From a virus (Duplodnaviria > Caudoviricetes), in the IMG/VR virus record IMGVR_UViG_3300032274_000001, positions 1 to 64,000 of that record: a stretch of DNA of 64,000 nucleotides; one strand, given 5' to 3'. Shown here in pieces: positions 26,962 to 36,121 of the stretch; positions within the stretch are counted from its first letter, which is position 1, and each line of letters starts with the position of its first letter. A model generated the notes under the pieces. It did no database searches. It worked only from the letters and a program-made list of their open reading frames with translations, and had not been told where the DNA came from. A program made the position numbers and the translations under genes.

Positions 26962-27119
26962 TGGGGTAGCCCCATCTGCGCTTCGTAAAGGCGGGCCAGG
27001 AGGGCGCTGATCGCCTCCTGGTCGTCGTCGCCAAGAAGCGATTGGAGGCCATCGAGAACCATCATCAGTTCGGGAACACTGAGGTCGATGGTCACCTTGA
27101 TGTCGTCGAGGTCGGTCAC
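26958..27119 (-). CDS. Hypothetical protein
   Basis: GTG start with GAGGAG RBS, overlapping neighbours. Confidence 0.5.
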   Translation of the reverse strand: MTDLDDIKVTIDLSVPELMMVLDGLQSLLGDDDQEAISALLARLYEAQMGLPQ

Positions 27120-27778
27120 TTCAGTTCTCCTCTCCGGGCAGCCTCGTTGAGCAGCCAGAGGCATCCGTTGAAGGCACGCTTGTCTTGGGGGTTGTCGAAC
27201 GGGTGAGGGCGGAACGTGCCGTCTCGGCCGTGGCCGATGGCCGCCCGGGTCTCGACCTTCACCCCGAAGGCGAACTCGATGCCCAACTCGTAGCCGGCGG
27301 TCTGGAGCTCGGCGCCGGAGATCCAAGACGACTTCCAGTCCTGCACTCCGACCTTGCCGTAGGCGATCCCGATGGAGTCGGCCGTCCACCCGAACCCCGA
27401 TGGGTGCCAACCTCGGATCTCCAAGGCCATCTCCTGTGTCCCGTCTGGGTTCTCGATCCACAGCGGCTCGTACCCGACCAGCTCGCGCCACCCACGGTTG
27501 GCCTCAAGCTGGGGCTCGAACTCCGCAAGTACCTCGGGGTCGAGGTTGAGCTCGTCGAGTCTGCCCCGGATGTCGGCTTCGATGATCTCGTGGAGGATGG
27601 TCCCACGGTTGCGGTGCTCCTCGGTGAAGTCGGGCATCTCGTGTCGGCAGACCCGGTGCCAGGTGTTCACCACCGTCGTCGTGGGGAATAGCTTCTGTCC
27701 ATCGACGCGGTACTCGTGGTGGGTCTCGTCGAAAGTGAACGCTCGGGCCAAGAACTCTTCGCTGTACTTGAGGATCAT
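27116..27778 (-). CDS. PD-(D/E)xK exonuclease (RecE/Cas4-like)
   Basis: FDETHHEY..DG..PT.T; RGTILH..IE; GWTAD; QDWKS; LQTAGY. Confidence 0.8.
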   Translation of the reverse strand: MILKYSEEFLARAFTFDETHHEYRVDGQKLFPTTTVVNTWHRVCRHEMPDFTEEHRNRGTILHEIIEADIRGRLDELNLDPEVLAEFEPQLEANRGWRELVGYEPLWIENPDGTQEMALEIRGWHPSGFGWTADSIGIAYGKVGVQDWKSSWISGAELQTAGYELGIEFAFGVKVETRAAIGHGRDGTFRPHPFDNPQDKRAFNGCLWLLNEAARRGELK

Positions 27779-27999
27779 GGCTGGCCCAGTGCCTTGCGGT
27801 TGTTTTCGAGCCGCCGTTCCTCCATGGCCCCGTGCTGCTTGCAGTAGAGCCCATCTGGTCCGTGGCCGCGCTTGCGAGAGCACTGGCGAGAGTGCCACTG
27901 ACCCTCGGGGTAGACTTCCTCAATGCACTTGCGGCGATCCTCGGGGTATCCGTTCGGGTTGCCGCTCCACTCCCCGTACCTGCGACGCTCGGAGGTCAT
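27775..27999 (-). CDS. Small Cys/His protein
   Basis: C...QCSRK.GHG.DGLYCKQH. Confidence 0.6.
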   Translation of the reverse strand: MTSERRRYGEWSGNPNGYPEDRRKCIEEVYPEGQWHSRQCSRKRGHGPDGLYCKQHGAMEERRLENNRKALGQP

Positions 28000-28004
28000 G
28001 GGCC

Positions 28005-28922
28005 CTACCCGTCCGACCCTGGCTCGGGGAATTCCTCGTCCTCGGCACCGCTGACCGGCTCCCCGGCATCGAACACGAGGTCTTGGATCTCGATCAGGTT
28101 GAGGTACTTGCCTTTGCGCTGGAGGACCGCGACCACCTTCGCGTTGTTCTCGTGAGCGGTGCTGATCTGCTCAGGGAAGTTGTCGTCGAACCCCGAGGCC
28201 ATCATCCCGCCCTCGAACGTCACGACGGTGCGCGTGTACCCGGACCCATCGCCGCGCTTGCCCGGCTTGGTTTCGTACTTCTCCACCTTGAGCGTGAGGA
28301 GGCGCTTCTCGTTCTCCTTCCAGTCGGCGGGCGGACCTCCGGTGGAAGAGCTACCCCCACGCTTGCCGGAGCTCTTCGCGGTCTTGCCGCCAGAGGCAGA
28401 CCCCCCACCCTGGACGTGGCCCATCTCCTCGGCCGGGGTGGCGTTGAATCCCGCCAAGACCATGATCCAGGAGAAGCCCAGACGGGCAGCCTTGCCGGTC
28501 GCTCGAGTCGCAGCCATGGACCGCCGAGCGTTGGATGGCTGGTCTGCCCAGCACCGCGAGCCCTGCATGTCGTCTGCGCGCCCACATTCGGCCGATGCGC
28601 GGCCTACGATCTCTCCCGAGGCCATGTGCACCAACTCGACCGTCGCCTCGTAGGAGCCATCCTCGGAGTCCCGGAAGTTGGTCACCTCGCGGGGCATGAT
28701 GCCGATCATGGCCAGAAGGGAAGTCCACCCCTCGGCCTTCACGTGCCGGCCGTCGCCGATGGCCACGTACAGCTCGCGCTCTTCGATGATCGGGGCGAGC
28801 ACGTTGGCGATCTCCGTCGCCTGCCTGACGCGCTCCGCCGGGGCGATGCCGTCTCCGATCAGGGCAACGTCGGTTCCTACTCCATGGGGTGCCTGGGTGG
28901 GCACTACTTCAGTCTCTGCCAT
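28005..28922 (-). CDS. Putative single-strand annealing recombinase
   Basis: EGW..ASAEC..W..SMAATRATGKA.R..TPAEEM; adjacent to exonuclease. Confidence 0.55.
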   Translation of the reverse strand: MAETEVVPTQAPHGVGTDVALIGDGIAPAERVRQATEIANVLAPIIEERELYVAIGDGRHVKAEGWTSLLAMIGIMPREVTNFRDSEDGSYEATVELVHMASGEIVGRASAECGRADDMQGSRCWADQPSNARRSMAATRATGKAARLGFSWIMVLAGFNATPAEEMGHVQGGGSASGGKTAKSSGKRGGSSSTGGPPADWKENEKRLLTLKVEKYETKPGKRGDGSGYTRTVVTFEGGMMASGFDDNFPEQISTAHENNAKVVAVLQRKGKYLNLIEIQDLVFDAGEPVSGAEDEEFPEPGSDG

Positions 28923-28990
28923 TGTCGAGCCTCCTCCTATCGGGGGGTTGGGGCAGACGATACTGCCGTCTCTGTCCGGGCCAGGTTCGG

Positions 28991-29037
28991 GGTATACCAT
29001 GACAAACGAGCCGATGTAAACCCCCGGGCGAGTTTAT
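28991..29037 (-). promoter_or_regulatory. Leftward promoter plus operator GTAAAC-N10-GTTTAT at the second divergence point
   Basis: TTTACA-N18-(TGG)TATACC; TGTAAACCCCCG identical to 17715-17726. Confidence 0.55.
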
Positions 29038-29101
29038 CACCCGGGCTGGACAAGGCTCGGAGGTGGGCGTATTTGTCTGGCCTTGACCGGAGGAGAGACG
29101 A

Positions 29102-29362
29102 ATGATGGTCGGCGGACGAGGAATGCAATGCGATGCCCCGGGGTGCAGGGAAGCCTTCACAGAGCCACCACTTAGCGGGTGGGGGCGCCCTTCGCGCTTG
29201 GGTAGTACTCGGCTCCACGGGGCCGCCAGTCGCGCCGGGTGGGATTGGTTCACCGGCATGCTGGAGCGCACCTATCACTTCTGCCCGAACCACGTGGGCA
29301 AGACAGAGCACGCCCGCATGTTGCGACTGTGCTCCGAGAGCATGAAGGAGATTAGCGAATGA
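29102..29362 (+). CDS. Zn-finger protein
   Basis: CDAPGC...HFCP.H. Confidence 0.6.
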   Translation: MMVGGRGMQCDAPGCREAFTEPPLSGWGRPSRLGSTRLHGAASRAGWDWFTGMLERTYHFCPNHVGKTEHARMLRLCSESMKEISE

Positions 29363-30081
29363 GCGGAATGGCACTCATGCCGGGGCAGCAGATGTCCTAC
29401 AAGCGACTCGCGGACTGGGCGAAGACTGCCCCCGCGGATCAACTACAAACCGTCTACGGGCAAGCCAGGGACCTCCACAAGCGGGCCTGGATCTACATGG
29501 CCATCACGTGCGGCGTCGCCTCGGAACGCACCGAGGGTGCCCTCACGGGTAGCGAGCTCGCGCAGACGTTCGACGTCTCGGCTATGCAGGTCTCGCGGCA
29601 CATCCGGATCTACAGCCAGATCCTTCAGCCCCGGATCGAGCTACAGGGCGAGAACGCCGAGTTCTCCCTGTGGGAGGAGCACTACTTTCACCTGGCCCTG
29701 GACGCTGCCCGGCACGTGGCAGACACGGACGCGAAACTGTCGGCGTTGCAGTTCATCGAGATGGCCGAAGACGGTGGGTTCCCGACTCCCACGTCGTTCA
29801 AGGCTCATCTGATCGCACACCAGATGCTGCCCGGTGACGACGGCTCGACGGACGTCAACTTCAGAGCCGCCGGCCCTGCGGGCAAGGTGCTCAAGGCGGT
29901 CGTCACGCTGTCTTCGGTGGATGACGAGGTGAAGAAGGAAGTCTTGGAAAAGATGGCCGACATGGACCTCGACGTCGGTACTCGTATCGGGGATGCCATC
30001 GAGTTCCTCGGGTACATGCAGAGCGAGCGCGACAGGGCGGTGGCGTCTCACGGCGAGGGGAAGGCCAGGGCGACGGCATGA
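29359..30081 (+). CDS. HTH-containing protein (candidate regulator)
   Basis: GSELAQTFDVSAMQVSRHIRIY helix-turn-helix pattern. Confidence 0.55.
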   Translation: MSGMALMPGQQMSYKRLADWAKTAPADQLQTVYGQARDLHKRAWIYMAITCGVASERTEGALTGSELAQTFDVSAMQVSRHIRIYSQILQPRIELQGENAEFSLWEEHYFHLALDAARHVADTDAKLSALQFIEMAEDGGFPTPTSFKAHLIAHQMLPGDDGSTDVNFRAAGPAGKVLKAVVTLSSVDDEVKKEVLEKMADMDLDVGTRIGDAIEFLGYMQSERDRAVASHGEGKARATA

Positions 30082-30428
30082 GTTGGGACATGCACTGGCA
30101 AGCCGATCTAGGCGGGCCTGAGCCGGTCCAGGTCGGGGACCTAGACGCTAACGTGACGAGCAACCTGAGCCCAATGATGGCCGCGGCCGTCGAAGCGGTG
30201 CACGGTGCGGACGAACCCCGGAAGCACTGGAGCGACTTCAATGGCATGAAGGCGGCCGAACTGGCGGCTCACCTAGAGCCCGTGCTGTCGTACCTGGAGG
30301 CCAACGACCTATCCGCGTTGAACCCGCCGAATGGGTGGGGTTCTCAAGAAGGCCTCACCGAAGTCGTGCGAAAGATCGTAGAGACGGCCCAGGACGTACC
30401 GGAGGCGACGCTATGGGCGTGGGGGTGA
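30078..30428 (+). CDS. Hypothetical phage protein
   Basis: MSWD...N.T.NL..M...LNPPNGWGS motif. Confidence 0.65.
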   Translation: MSWDMHWQADLGGPEPVQVGDLDANVTSNLSPMMAAAVEAVHGADEPRKHWSDFNGMKAAELAAHLEPVLSYLEANDLSALNPPNGWGSQEGLTEVVRKIVETAQDVPEATLWAWG

Positions 30429-30566
30429 GCAAGGAAGAGGTCCTGTTGGTGCGCCGTCCACGGAGGATCGGAGCGCCATGATCGAAGGGATTATCATGCT
30501 CTTAATCGGGATAATCGTGGGCCTCGTTCCGTGGCGCAGTGTGCGGAAAGGAAACAAACGGGAGCC

Positions 30567-30785
30567 ATGACCCAGCCCCTCTCACTCCAAGAAGCCAGGG
30601 GACAAATCACGCGACTCAAGAAAGCCGGTGACCGCTTGGCAAAGATCGTGCAGATCGGCGCAAACCTTGTCGGAGACGTGAGCCTCTCCGCGCCGTGCCA
30701 GCCCGTCATCGACTGGAACAAAGCAAAGAAACGCAAGATCCCACCTGTGAGGCACCTCGTCCCGAAGGTGTGGAGAGAGGAATGA
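30567..30785 (+). CDS. Hypothetical protein
   Basis: Coupled to the MTase start. Confidence 0.45.
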   Translation: MTQPLSLQEARGQITRLKKAGDRLAKIVQIGANLVGDVSLSAPCQPVIDWNKAKKRKIPPVRHLVPKVWREE

Positions 30786-31780
30786 AATTCGGCTCGCTCT
30801 TCTCTGGAATCGGAGGCATCGACCTGGGCCTCGAACGCGCTGGAATGCAATGCGCCTGGCAAGTGGAGCAAGATGAGTTCTGCCAACGAATCCTCGCCAA
30901 ACACTGGCCAGATGTCCCTCGATTCGGAGATGTTCGGGATGTCACCAGCGCCGAGCCCGTCGACCTCCTCGCCGGTGGTTTCCCCTGTCAGCCCTTCAGC
31001 GTCGCAGGCAACCAGCAAGGGACCGACGACGATCGGCACCTGTGGCCCGAGTTCGCACGGCTGGTGCGTACTCTACGACCCCGTTGGGTGCTCGCTGAGA
31101 ACGTCCCTGGCCTCCGAACTATCGCAGCTGACGAAGTGCTCAGCGATTTGGAGGCAGCAGACTACACCGCATGGCCGCTCGTGGTGGGTGCTCGCCATGT
31201 CGGAGCCCCTCACCGGAGAGACCGAGTTTGGATCGTGGCCCACGCCCAAGGCGGTGGACGGGAGAAGCAAAGGGAATGGGGGGGCTCGCAAATCACCCAG
31301 CCTCGACCAGATCGCAAGAGAGGGATCGTGGCCCACGCCAACAGCCACGGAGTACGGGAGCAACCAGTCCCCATCCGAGGGGGCTGCGATTCGTCCGAGC
31401 TTGGCGGGCTTGGTGTCGGCCAGGCCGACACCAACAGCGGCAGATGCGAACAGCAGCGGCTCGGCGGGGTACTCAACGGAAAGCGGGAGATCCGCAGGGG
31501 TGACGCTCACGGACGCGACGGTGAGGGGGTGGGCGACGCCCAACCAAACCAACCGGAAGTCCCCAGACCTCGAGACCACCGTTGGCCAGCCGGACCCGGC
31601 CAACCCCAACACGAATGGGAAGAGCCGCGCACGGTTGAATCACCGGTGGGTGTGTCAGCTCCAGGGCTTCCCCGCAGACTGGCTCGACATCGAAGACAAT
31701 CCCTGAAGGCTCTCGGCAATGCGTGTGTGCCTCAGGTGGTAGAACAGATCGGGAGGGCGATCATGGAACTGGGTGTCTGA
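30782..31780 (+). CDS. C5-cytosine DNA methyltransferase (alpha chain: motifs I-VIII and X)
   Basis: SLFSGIGG, GGFPCQPFS, ENVPG, HRRDRVWI, LKALGNACVPQ. Confidence 0.95.
   Translation: MKFGSLFSGIGGIDLGLERAGMQCAWQVEQDEFCQRILAKHWPDVPRFGDVRDVTSAEPVDLLAGGFPCQPFSVAGNQQGTDDDRHLWPEFARLVRTLRPRWVLAENVPGLRTIAADEVLSDLEAADYTAWPLVVGARHVGAPHRRDRVWIVAHAQGGGREKQREWGGSQITQPRPDRKRGIVAHANSHGVREQPVPIRGGCDSSELGGLGVGQADTNSGRCEQQRLGGVLNGKREIRRGDAHGRDGEGVGDAQPNQPEVPRPRDHRWPAGPGQPQHEWEEPRTVESPVGVSAPGLPRRLARHRRQSLKALGNACVPQVVEQIGRAIMELGV
30873..31706 (+). CDS. Nested +1-frame ORF: putative MTase beta chain (WPTP repeats + motif IX)
   Basis: Four (W)PTP repeats and RLNHRWVCQLQGFPADW; alternative start ATG 31197. Confidence 0.7.
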   Translation: MSSANESSPNTGQMSLDSEMFGMSPAPSPSTSSPVVSPVSPSASQATSKGPTTIGTCGPSSHGWCVLYDPVGCSLRTSLASELSQLTKCSAIWRQQTTPHGRSWWVLAMSEPLTGETEFGSWPTPKAVDGRSKGNGGARKSPSLDQIAREGSWPTPTATEYGSNQSPSEGAAIRPSLAGLVSARPTPTAADANSSGSAGYSTESGRSAGVTLTDATVRGWATPNQTNRKSPDLETTVGQPDPANPNTNGKSRARLNHRWVCQLQGFPADWLDIEDNP

Positions 31781-31998
31781 CGTTGGCGGACATCGCCAAG
31801 ATGACCGACCTTGGCCGCAGGGCCTCTACCCTCAGGACGGGGCTAATCTTTCCGTGCGGGGAGAGGGCGGGCTTGCGTACCGACGTTCCGCTACCGCTGC
31901 TGAGCGACAGCCACCAGGCGAATCTACGGTCTGTGGAGGCTGATCACCTGGCGTCTTGTGGAACTTGCCGAGAGATTGTGAGACAGCACAAACAGCAA

Positions 31999-32024
31999 AG
32001 CCCCGGGGAATGACCCCCGGGGCT
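31999..32024. promoter_or_regulatory. Perfect 10-bp inverted repeat upstream of the replication genes
   Basis: AGCCCCGGGG-aatgac-CCCCGGGGCT. Confidence 0.6.
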
Positions 32025-32124
32025 CACTGTCAACCTTCGACCGCCAAGAAGAAGGGGAGCCAGAAGGGAAGACCAGGAGGCGAGATGGCCAGACCAACCA
32101 CTCAACACAGCCGAGGAACCCTCA

Positions 32125-33846
32125 ATGACTGACCACAGCGGTACCACGACGCAATTCGTCGCGCCAAGCGTTTCGCTAAACTTTCTCCCCGATGGGGCCC
32201 CGGTGTTGGAAGTTCAGGGGGTTCCGTTCCAGGCCAGGGCGGCCGAGCGGTTCATCCGGTACCTGAGGCGGGCTCTGCGGCGGGCATCGGCCTTGCCCCC
32301 GAAGAACCCTTGGCGGATCGGCGTTAAGCCGGCGAGCCTCGATGACTTCGCCTACCTGACCCTGACCCGGCCCGGAATGGCGCGCCTGGAGTACCGGGGC
32401 CGATCCTGGGAGTTCACCGCCCAGGGCAGTGAGGCTCTGCTCGAGGAGTGCATAGAGCGCTACTACCGGGGCATCCTGCCCTGGCTGACCAAGACCAACC
32501 GCCGAGCCAAGCTCAACGATGTCCTCGGCGAGATACAGAAGTCGGTCGATTCCCTCGCGGGGAACGCTCCGCCACCGCCGGCCAAGCCCCCCAGGCCCCA
32601 GAAAGCCCCCGAGAGGCCCCAGGGGACGTTCCCGTGGTTCGAGAAGGCCAGGGGGTGCGATTCTCCCGGAAGCCCCCTGGGGGCGATTCTGGGCGCCGTA
32701 GAGGGGGAGTCTGTGTTGGTCTCGGCGGTCGAATGGCGAGACGCGAGGTTCCTGCACCTGCAACGGTGGTGGCCCGACCTGGACCTTCGGTACCGGCCAG
32801 GGAAGTCGCCGATCACCATCCGGCTCAGGGAGATCAACCGATTCGTCGGGGTGCTCCAGAGAGCCGTGCGCAAGGGGTTTGCCAAGATGTCGGTGGGCAG
32901 GCTCAGGGGGGACGGACTGTGGCTGACCGCAGAGCTCAACCAGAACGGAGGGTTCCTTTCGCTGAAATCCACCCGGGGCGGAGAGCTGGAGCTGCCGTTG
33001 TCGCAGTGCGATGAGCTCCTGCGGTTGGCCGGCCTGTGCGGGCCGACTCTTGCAGGAATGCAATACCAACCGTGGGCCGAGGAGGAGGTTGTCGAGGTCT
33101 TGGCTACCGGCACTCACGGGGGTGGAGAAGTGCCCACTGGGGTTGAGGTTTCCAAGGGTGGCACAGAACCTGCAACGCGGGTGCGCGCACAGCGCCCGTC
33201 CGCGTCTTTTCGGTGTTCGGGAGATCGGGAACATGGGGAACCTAAAAAGCGGTTCCCCAGTAGCGCGCCTGAGGGGCGGCTTGCTGGGCAAGGGGGGCAA
33301 ATCTCTCTGACTCTCGTGGGTGGAGTGAACCCTCAGGCAGAGAAGCCCAAGCCTAAACGCAAGAAAAACCGTGGGCAATTAGTAGTAGGGCGGTACTACG
33401 GGAAGGTACGGGAAAGGCTGGGACCTGCAGCGCCGAACCCGAACTGGGCCAAGGACCTCGGGAGGTGCAAGCGGATGCTCCTGGACCTGGACGCGATGGC
33501 GGAAAAGCAGTTCCCCGGGGCGTCGCAGGAGGAGCTTCGGGCCAGGGTAGACAAGCGCGTCGGGGAGCTCATGGACCAGGCATGGGAGGACAAGTGGTTC
33601 CGGGACCTGACGGCTCCGCACTTCGGGTGCTTCTACTCGATTTGGACGCGGCTCAACTCGGCGATCGTGGTAGGCAGGCAAGCGATGCGTCGGAAGTTCT
33701 ACGAGCAGTACTCAGGCCCGGAGACATCGGTGGATCCGGGGACGATCTACGCTTTCTTCGAGCGCCACGTTGGCCACGAGGGAGCGATCAGGGAGGTGAC
33801 GAGAGTGCACGGAGCGGAGACGGCGAAGGAGTTTGGCAATGGCTGA
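32125..33846 (+). CDS. Putative replication initiator with a PC4/YdbC-like ssDNA-binding domain
   Basis: EWRDARFLHLQRWW.D...YRPGKSPITI is PC4-like; helical C-terminal domain; precedes primase-helicase. Confidence 0.5.
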   Translation: MTDHSGTTTQFVAPSVSLNFLPDGAPVLEVQGVPFQARAAERFIRYLRRALRRASALPPKNPWRIGVKPASLDDFAYLTLTRPGMARLEYRGRSWEFTAQGSEALLEECIERYYRGILPWLTKTNRRAKLNDVLGEIQKSVDSLAGNAPPPPAKPPRPQKAPERPQGTFPWFEKARGCDSPGSPLGAILGAVEGESVLVSAVEWRDARFLHLQRWWPDLDLRYRPGKSPITIRLREINRFVGVLQRAVRKGFAKMSVGRLRGDGLWLTAELNQNGGFLSLKSTRGGELELPLSQCDELLRLAGLCGPTLAGMQYQPWAEEEVVEVLATGTHGGGEVPTGVEVSKGGTEPATRVRAQRPSASFRCSGDREHGEPKKRFPSSAPEGRLAGQGGQISLTLVGGVNPQAEKPKPKRKKNRGQLVVGRYYGKVRERLGPAAPNPNWAKDLGRCKRMLLDLDAMAEKQFPGASQEELRARVDKRVGELMDQAWEDKWFRDLTAPHFGCFYSIWTRLNSAIVVGRQAMRRKFYEQYSGPETSVDPGTIYAFFERHVGHEGAIREVTRVHGAETAKEFGNG

Positions 33847-34213
33847 GGACAAGAAGGTTCACGTGTTTGCGTGCACAGAGCACGACATGGCTCTTGGTGG
33901 TGGTCCTTTGCCCACGCATCCGAAAGCGATTGAGGTTCAGGATCGCATGACGAAGCCCATCAAGGGCGAACTGCGCGCCCTACGTAATGCCTACGAGGCC
34001 CTACGAAAACAGGGCTGGCGAGAGGTCATGTACGCGCCGAAGGATGGGTCAATGCTGGCGCTGATTCTTCCCGATTGTGCAGTGGTCGTAGAGGGGAACC
34101 GAGACAAGCATGGGTTCATGATGTTCGATGGCGACGGTTGGCCGTGTGACCCCGTGCTGTGGCGCCCCCTCGAAGAGGTAGACCCAGAGTACAAGGGGAC
34201 ACCCGGTGAGTGA
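33839..34213 (+). CDS. Hypothetical phage protein
   Basis: APKDG.MLAL motif; coupled ORF. Confidence 0.55.
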   Translation: MAEDKKVHVFACTEHDMALGGGPLPTHPKAIEVQDRMTKPIKGELRALRNAYEALRKQGWREVMYAPKDGSMLALILPDCAVVVEGNRDKHGFMMFDGDGWPCDPVLWRPLEEVDPEYKGTPGE

Positions 34214-35864
34214 CGCACTGACCCAGGCGCTTCATTACCTGGACCTCGGCTACCTGCCCGTCCCCTGCCTGCCCAACGGAAGCACGTGGGTGAACTGGCG
34301 AGAGATGGACAAGCGCCCCCCCACGGAGTCGCGGCTACGGGACTACTTCGAGGACCGCTCGGAGACGATGGTCAAGCTGGCCTTGCTGGGCGGGCTGTGC
34401 GCGATCCGGTGCGCCGGGGATAGGGCCGAGGCGTTGCTGGTCGAGCGAGGGTTGTCGATCCCACCAGGGGCCCCGGCGATCAACCAAGGCAACGTCTCGG
34501 TGTTCCTGCTCCGGGGCTTCGACGGAATCAAGAATCTCACGGAGGGCTCGGCCCTGTTCACGGGCGGCGATGCGAAGTCGCCCGATCTGGTCGAGGTGCA
34601 CGTCGGCAAGCTCGTAGCCGCACCCCCCTCGGAGGGCACGCAATGGTTCGGCGAGTTGCCGCTGTTCCCCGAGCTCCCAGAGGTACCGGCGCCGCTGGCC
34701 GCGCTGATCCAGGATCGCATCAAGGAGGTGGAGGAGAAGAAGCAAGGCGGCGCCCACTGGGCAGCAGTGTCGCTGAGGGGTGTCGATTCTCATGACTCCG
34801 TCGAGGAGGCGCACCGTCTGTGCGGGTACCTGAACGCCAAGGGCCTACCGCTGGACGTGTCTCGAGAGATCATGATGGCGTTCGCGGACAGGTGCCACCC
34901 GTTGCCAATGCTGGTGTCCGACGTGGATGCGATTATGAGGCGCCGCGAGTGGGACGGCAACGACGACGGAGCGGAGCGGCCCGGGGTGGTGTGGCACGAG
35001 GATGAAATCGAGGCCCACGTGGAGATGCGTCTCAAGCCGGTGGCGACATCGTGGGTGGCCCCCACGCCGCTGCCGAGTGTGAACCAAGCCTTGCGGGGTG
35101 GGTTCAAGGGCGGGCGGATCTATCTCGTGGCGGGCGAGCCCGGGGCGGGCAAGACGGCGCTGGTGATTCAGACGCTAGTCAGGGCGGCCAAGGCGGGCAT
35201 CAAGAGCTTCATGGTGTCGGCGGAGATGCCTCGCGACTCGATCTACGACCGGGAGATTGCCGCCGAGGGCCAGCTCGACGTCGGCAAGGTCGAGGACGGA
35301 CTGGCCGACCCCCATGCGATGGCCTACGTGGCGGAGAAGCTGTCGGGGCTGCCGATCGCGTTGGCGAACAACTCGGTACGTTGCGTCCAGGACATCGTAG
35401 ACCAGGTGAAGCTACACGAGCCGAAGCTGGTCGTGGTGGACTACTTGCAGTTGATCGCTCACGACGAGCGGGGCAGGGATACCCGGGAGCGGGTGGAGGC
35501 GGTGTCGAAGGGGCTAAAGGGGTTGGCGAAGCGCGAGGGGTGCGCGGTGGTGTGCGTGTCGTCGCTGACGAAGAAGGACAGCAAGCGAGCCGGGGAGGAG
35601 ATGCCCACCAACGATCGCCTCCGGGAGTCTGGTGCGTTGCACTTCGACGCCGATGGCATTCTGCTCTTGGGCCGAGAGAACGGTCAGACCAAGTGCGCGC
35701 TGTCGAAGAACAAGTACGGGCCCATCGGGACGTTCGACATGGAGTTCAAGGGCTCGACGATGAGCTTCACCGAGAAGGGAGGGGCGGACGTCCCGGACGG
35801 GAGATTCCCCGACGACGACGCCGGCCCGGATGTGTTGGGGGAGGTGGTCGATGAGTTCTTCTAG
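34206..35864 (+). CDS. Prim-pol-like N-domain fused to DnaB-like SF4 helicase
   Basis: GEPGAGKT Walker A, SAEM, VVVDYLQLI, LRESG...DAD; N-terminal LVAAPPS. Confidence 0.85.
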   Translation: MSDALTQALHYLDLGYLPVPCLPNGSTWVNWREMDKRPPTESRLRDYFEDRSETMVKLALLGGLCAIRCAGDRAEALLVERGLSIPPGAPAINQGNVSVFLLRGFDGIKNLTEGSALFTGGDAKSPDLVEVHVGKLVAAPPSEGTQWFGELPLFPELPEVPAPLAALIQDRIKEVEEKKQGGAHWAAVSLRGVDSHDSVEEAHRLCGYLNAKGLPLDVSREIMMAFADRCHPLPMLVSDVDAIMRRREWDGNDDGAERPGVVWHEDEIEAHVEMRLKPVATSWVAPTPLPSVNQALRGGFKGGRIYLVAGEPGAGKTALVIQTLVRAAKAGIKSFMVSAEMPRDSIYDREIAAEGQLDVGKVEDGLADPHAMAYVAEKLSGLPIALANNSVRCVQDIVDQVKLHEPKLVVVDYLQLIAHDERGRDTRERVEAVSKGLKGLAKREGCAVVCVSSLTKKDSKRAGEEMPTNDRLRESGALHFDADGILLLGRENGQTKCALSKNKYGPIGTFDMEFKGSTMSFTEKGGADVPDGRFPDDDAGPDVLGEVVDEFF

Positions 35865-36114
35865 GCCGCGGTACGGGTTCGTGTTGCTGTCCAATGGCAT
35901 GCCGGTGAAGGTGCTGTCGGCGTCGCCTGGCGCGTACCGGCAAGGCCGGGATCCCAACTACGACCACGTGACGGAGGTGACCAACGAGCACGGCCAGCGG
36001 GTGCATCAGGTCTGGCACCACGCCGGGCACGACACCCGGAAGGTCTATTTCGAGGCATGCACGGGCGCCTACGGGTGCACCGCTGGGGAGCCGTTCGATG
36101 ACGTCGAGCACTGA
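35851..36114 (+). CDS. Hypothetical protein
   Basis: Overlaps helicase stop; GGAGG RBS. Confidence 0.5.
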   Translation: MSSSRPRYGFVLLSNGMPVKVLSASPGAYRQGRDPNYDHVTEVTNEHGQRVHQVWHHAGHDTRKVYFEACTGAYGCTAGEPFDDVEH

Positions 36115-36121
36115 CGAAGGG

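Noticed and set aside
29047-29075. Rightward promoter TGGACA-N17-TATTTG
   Set aside because: The -10 lacks the conserved final T; too weak to list without TSS data
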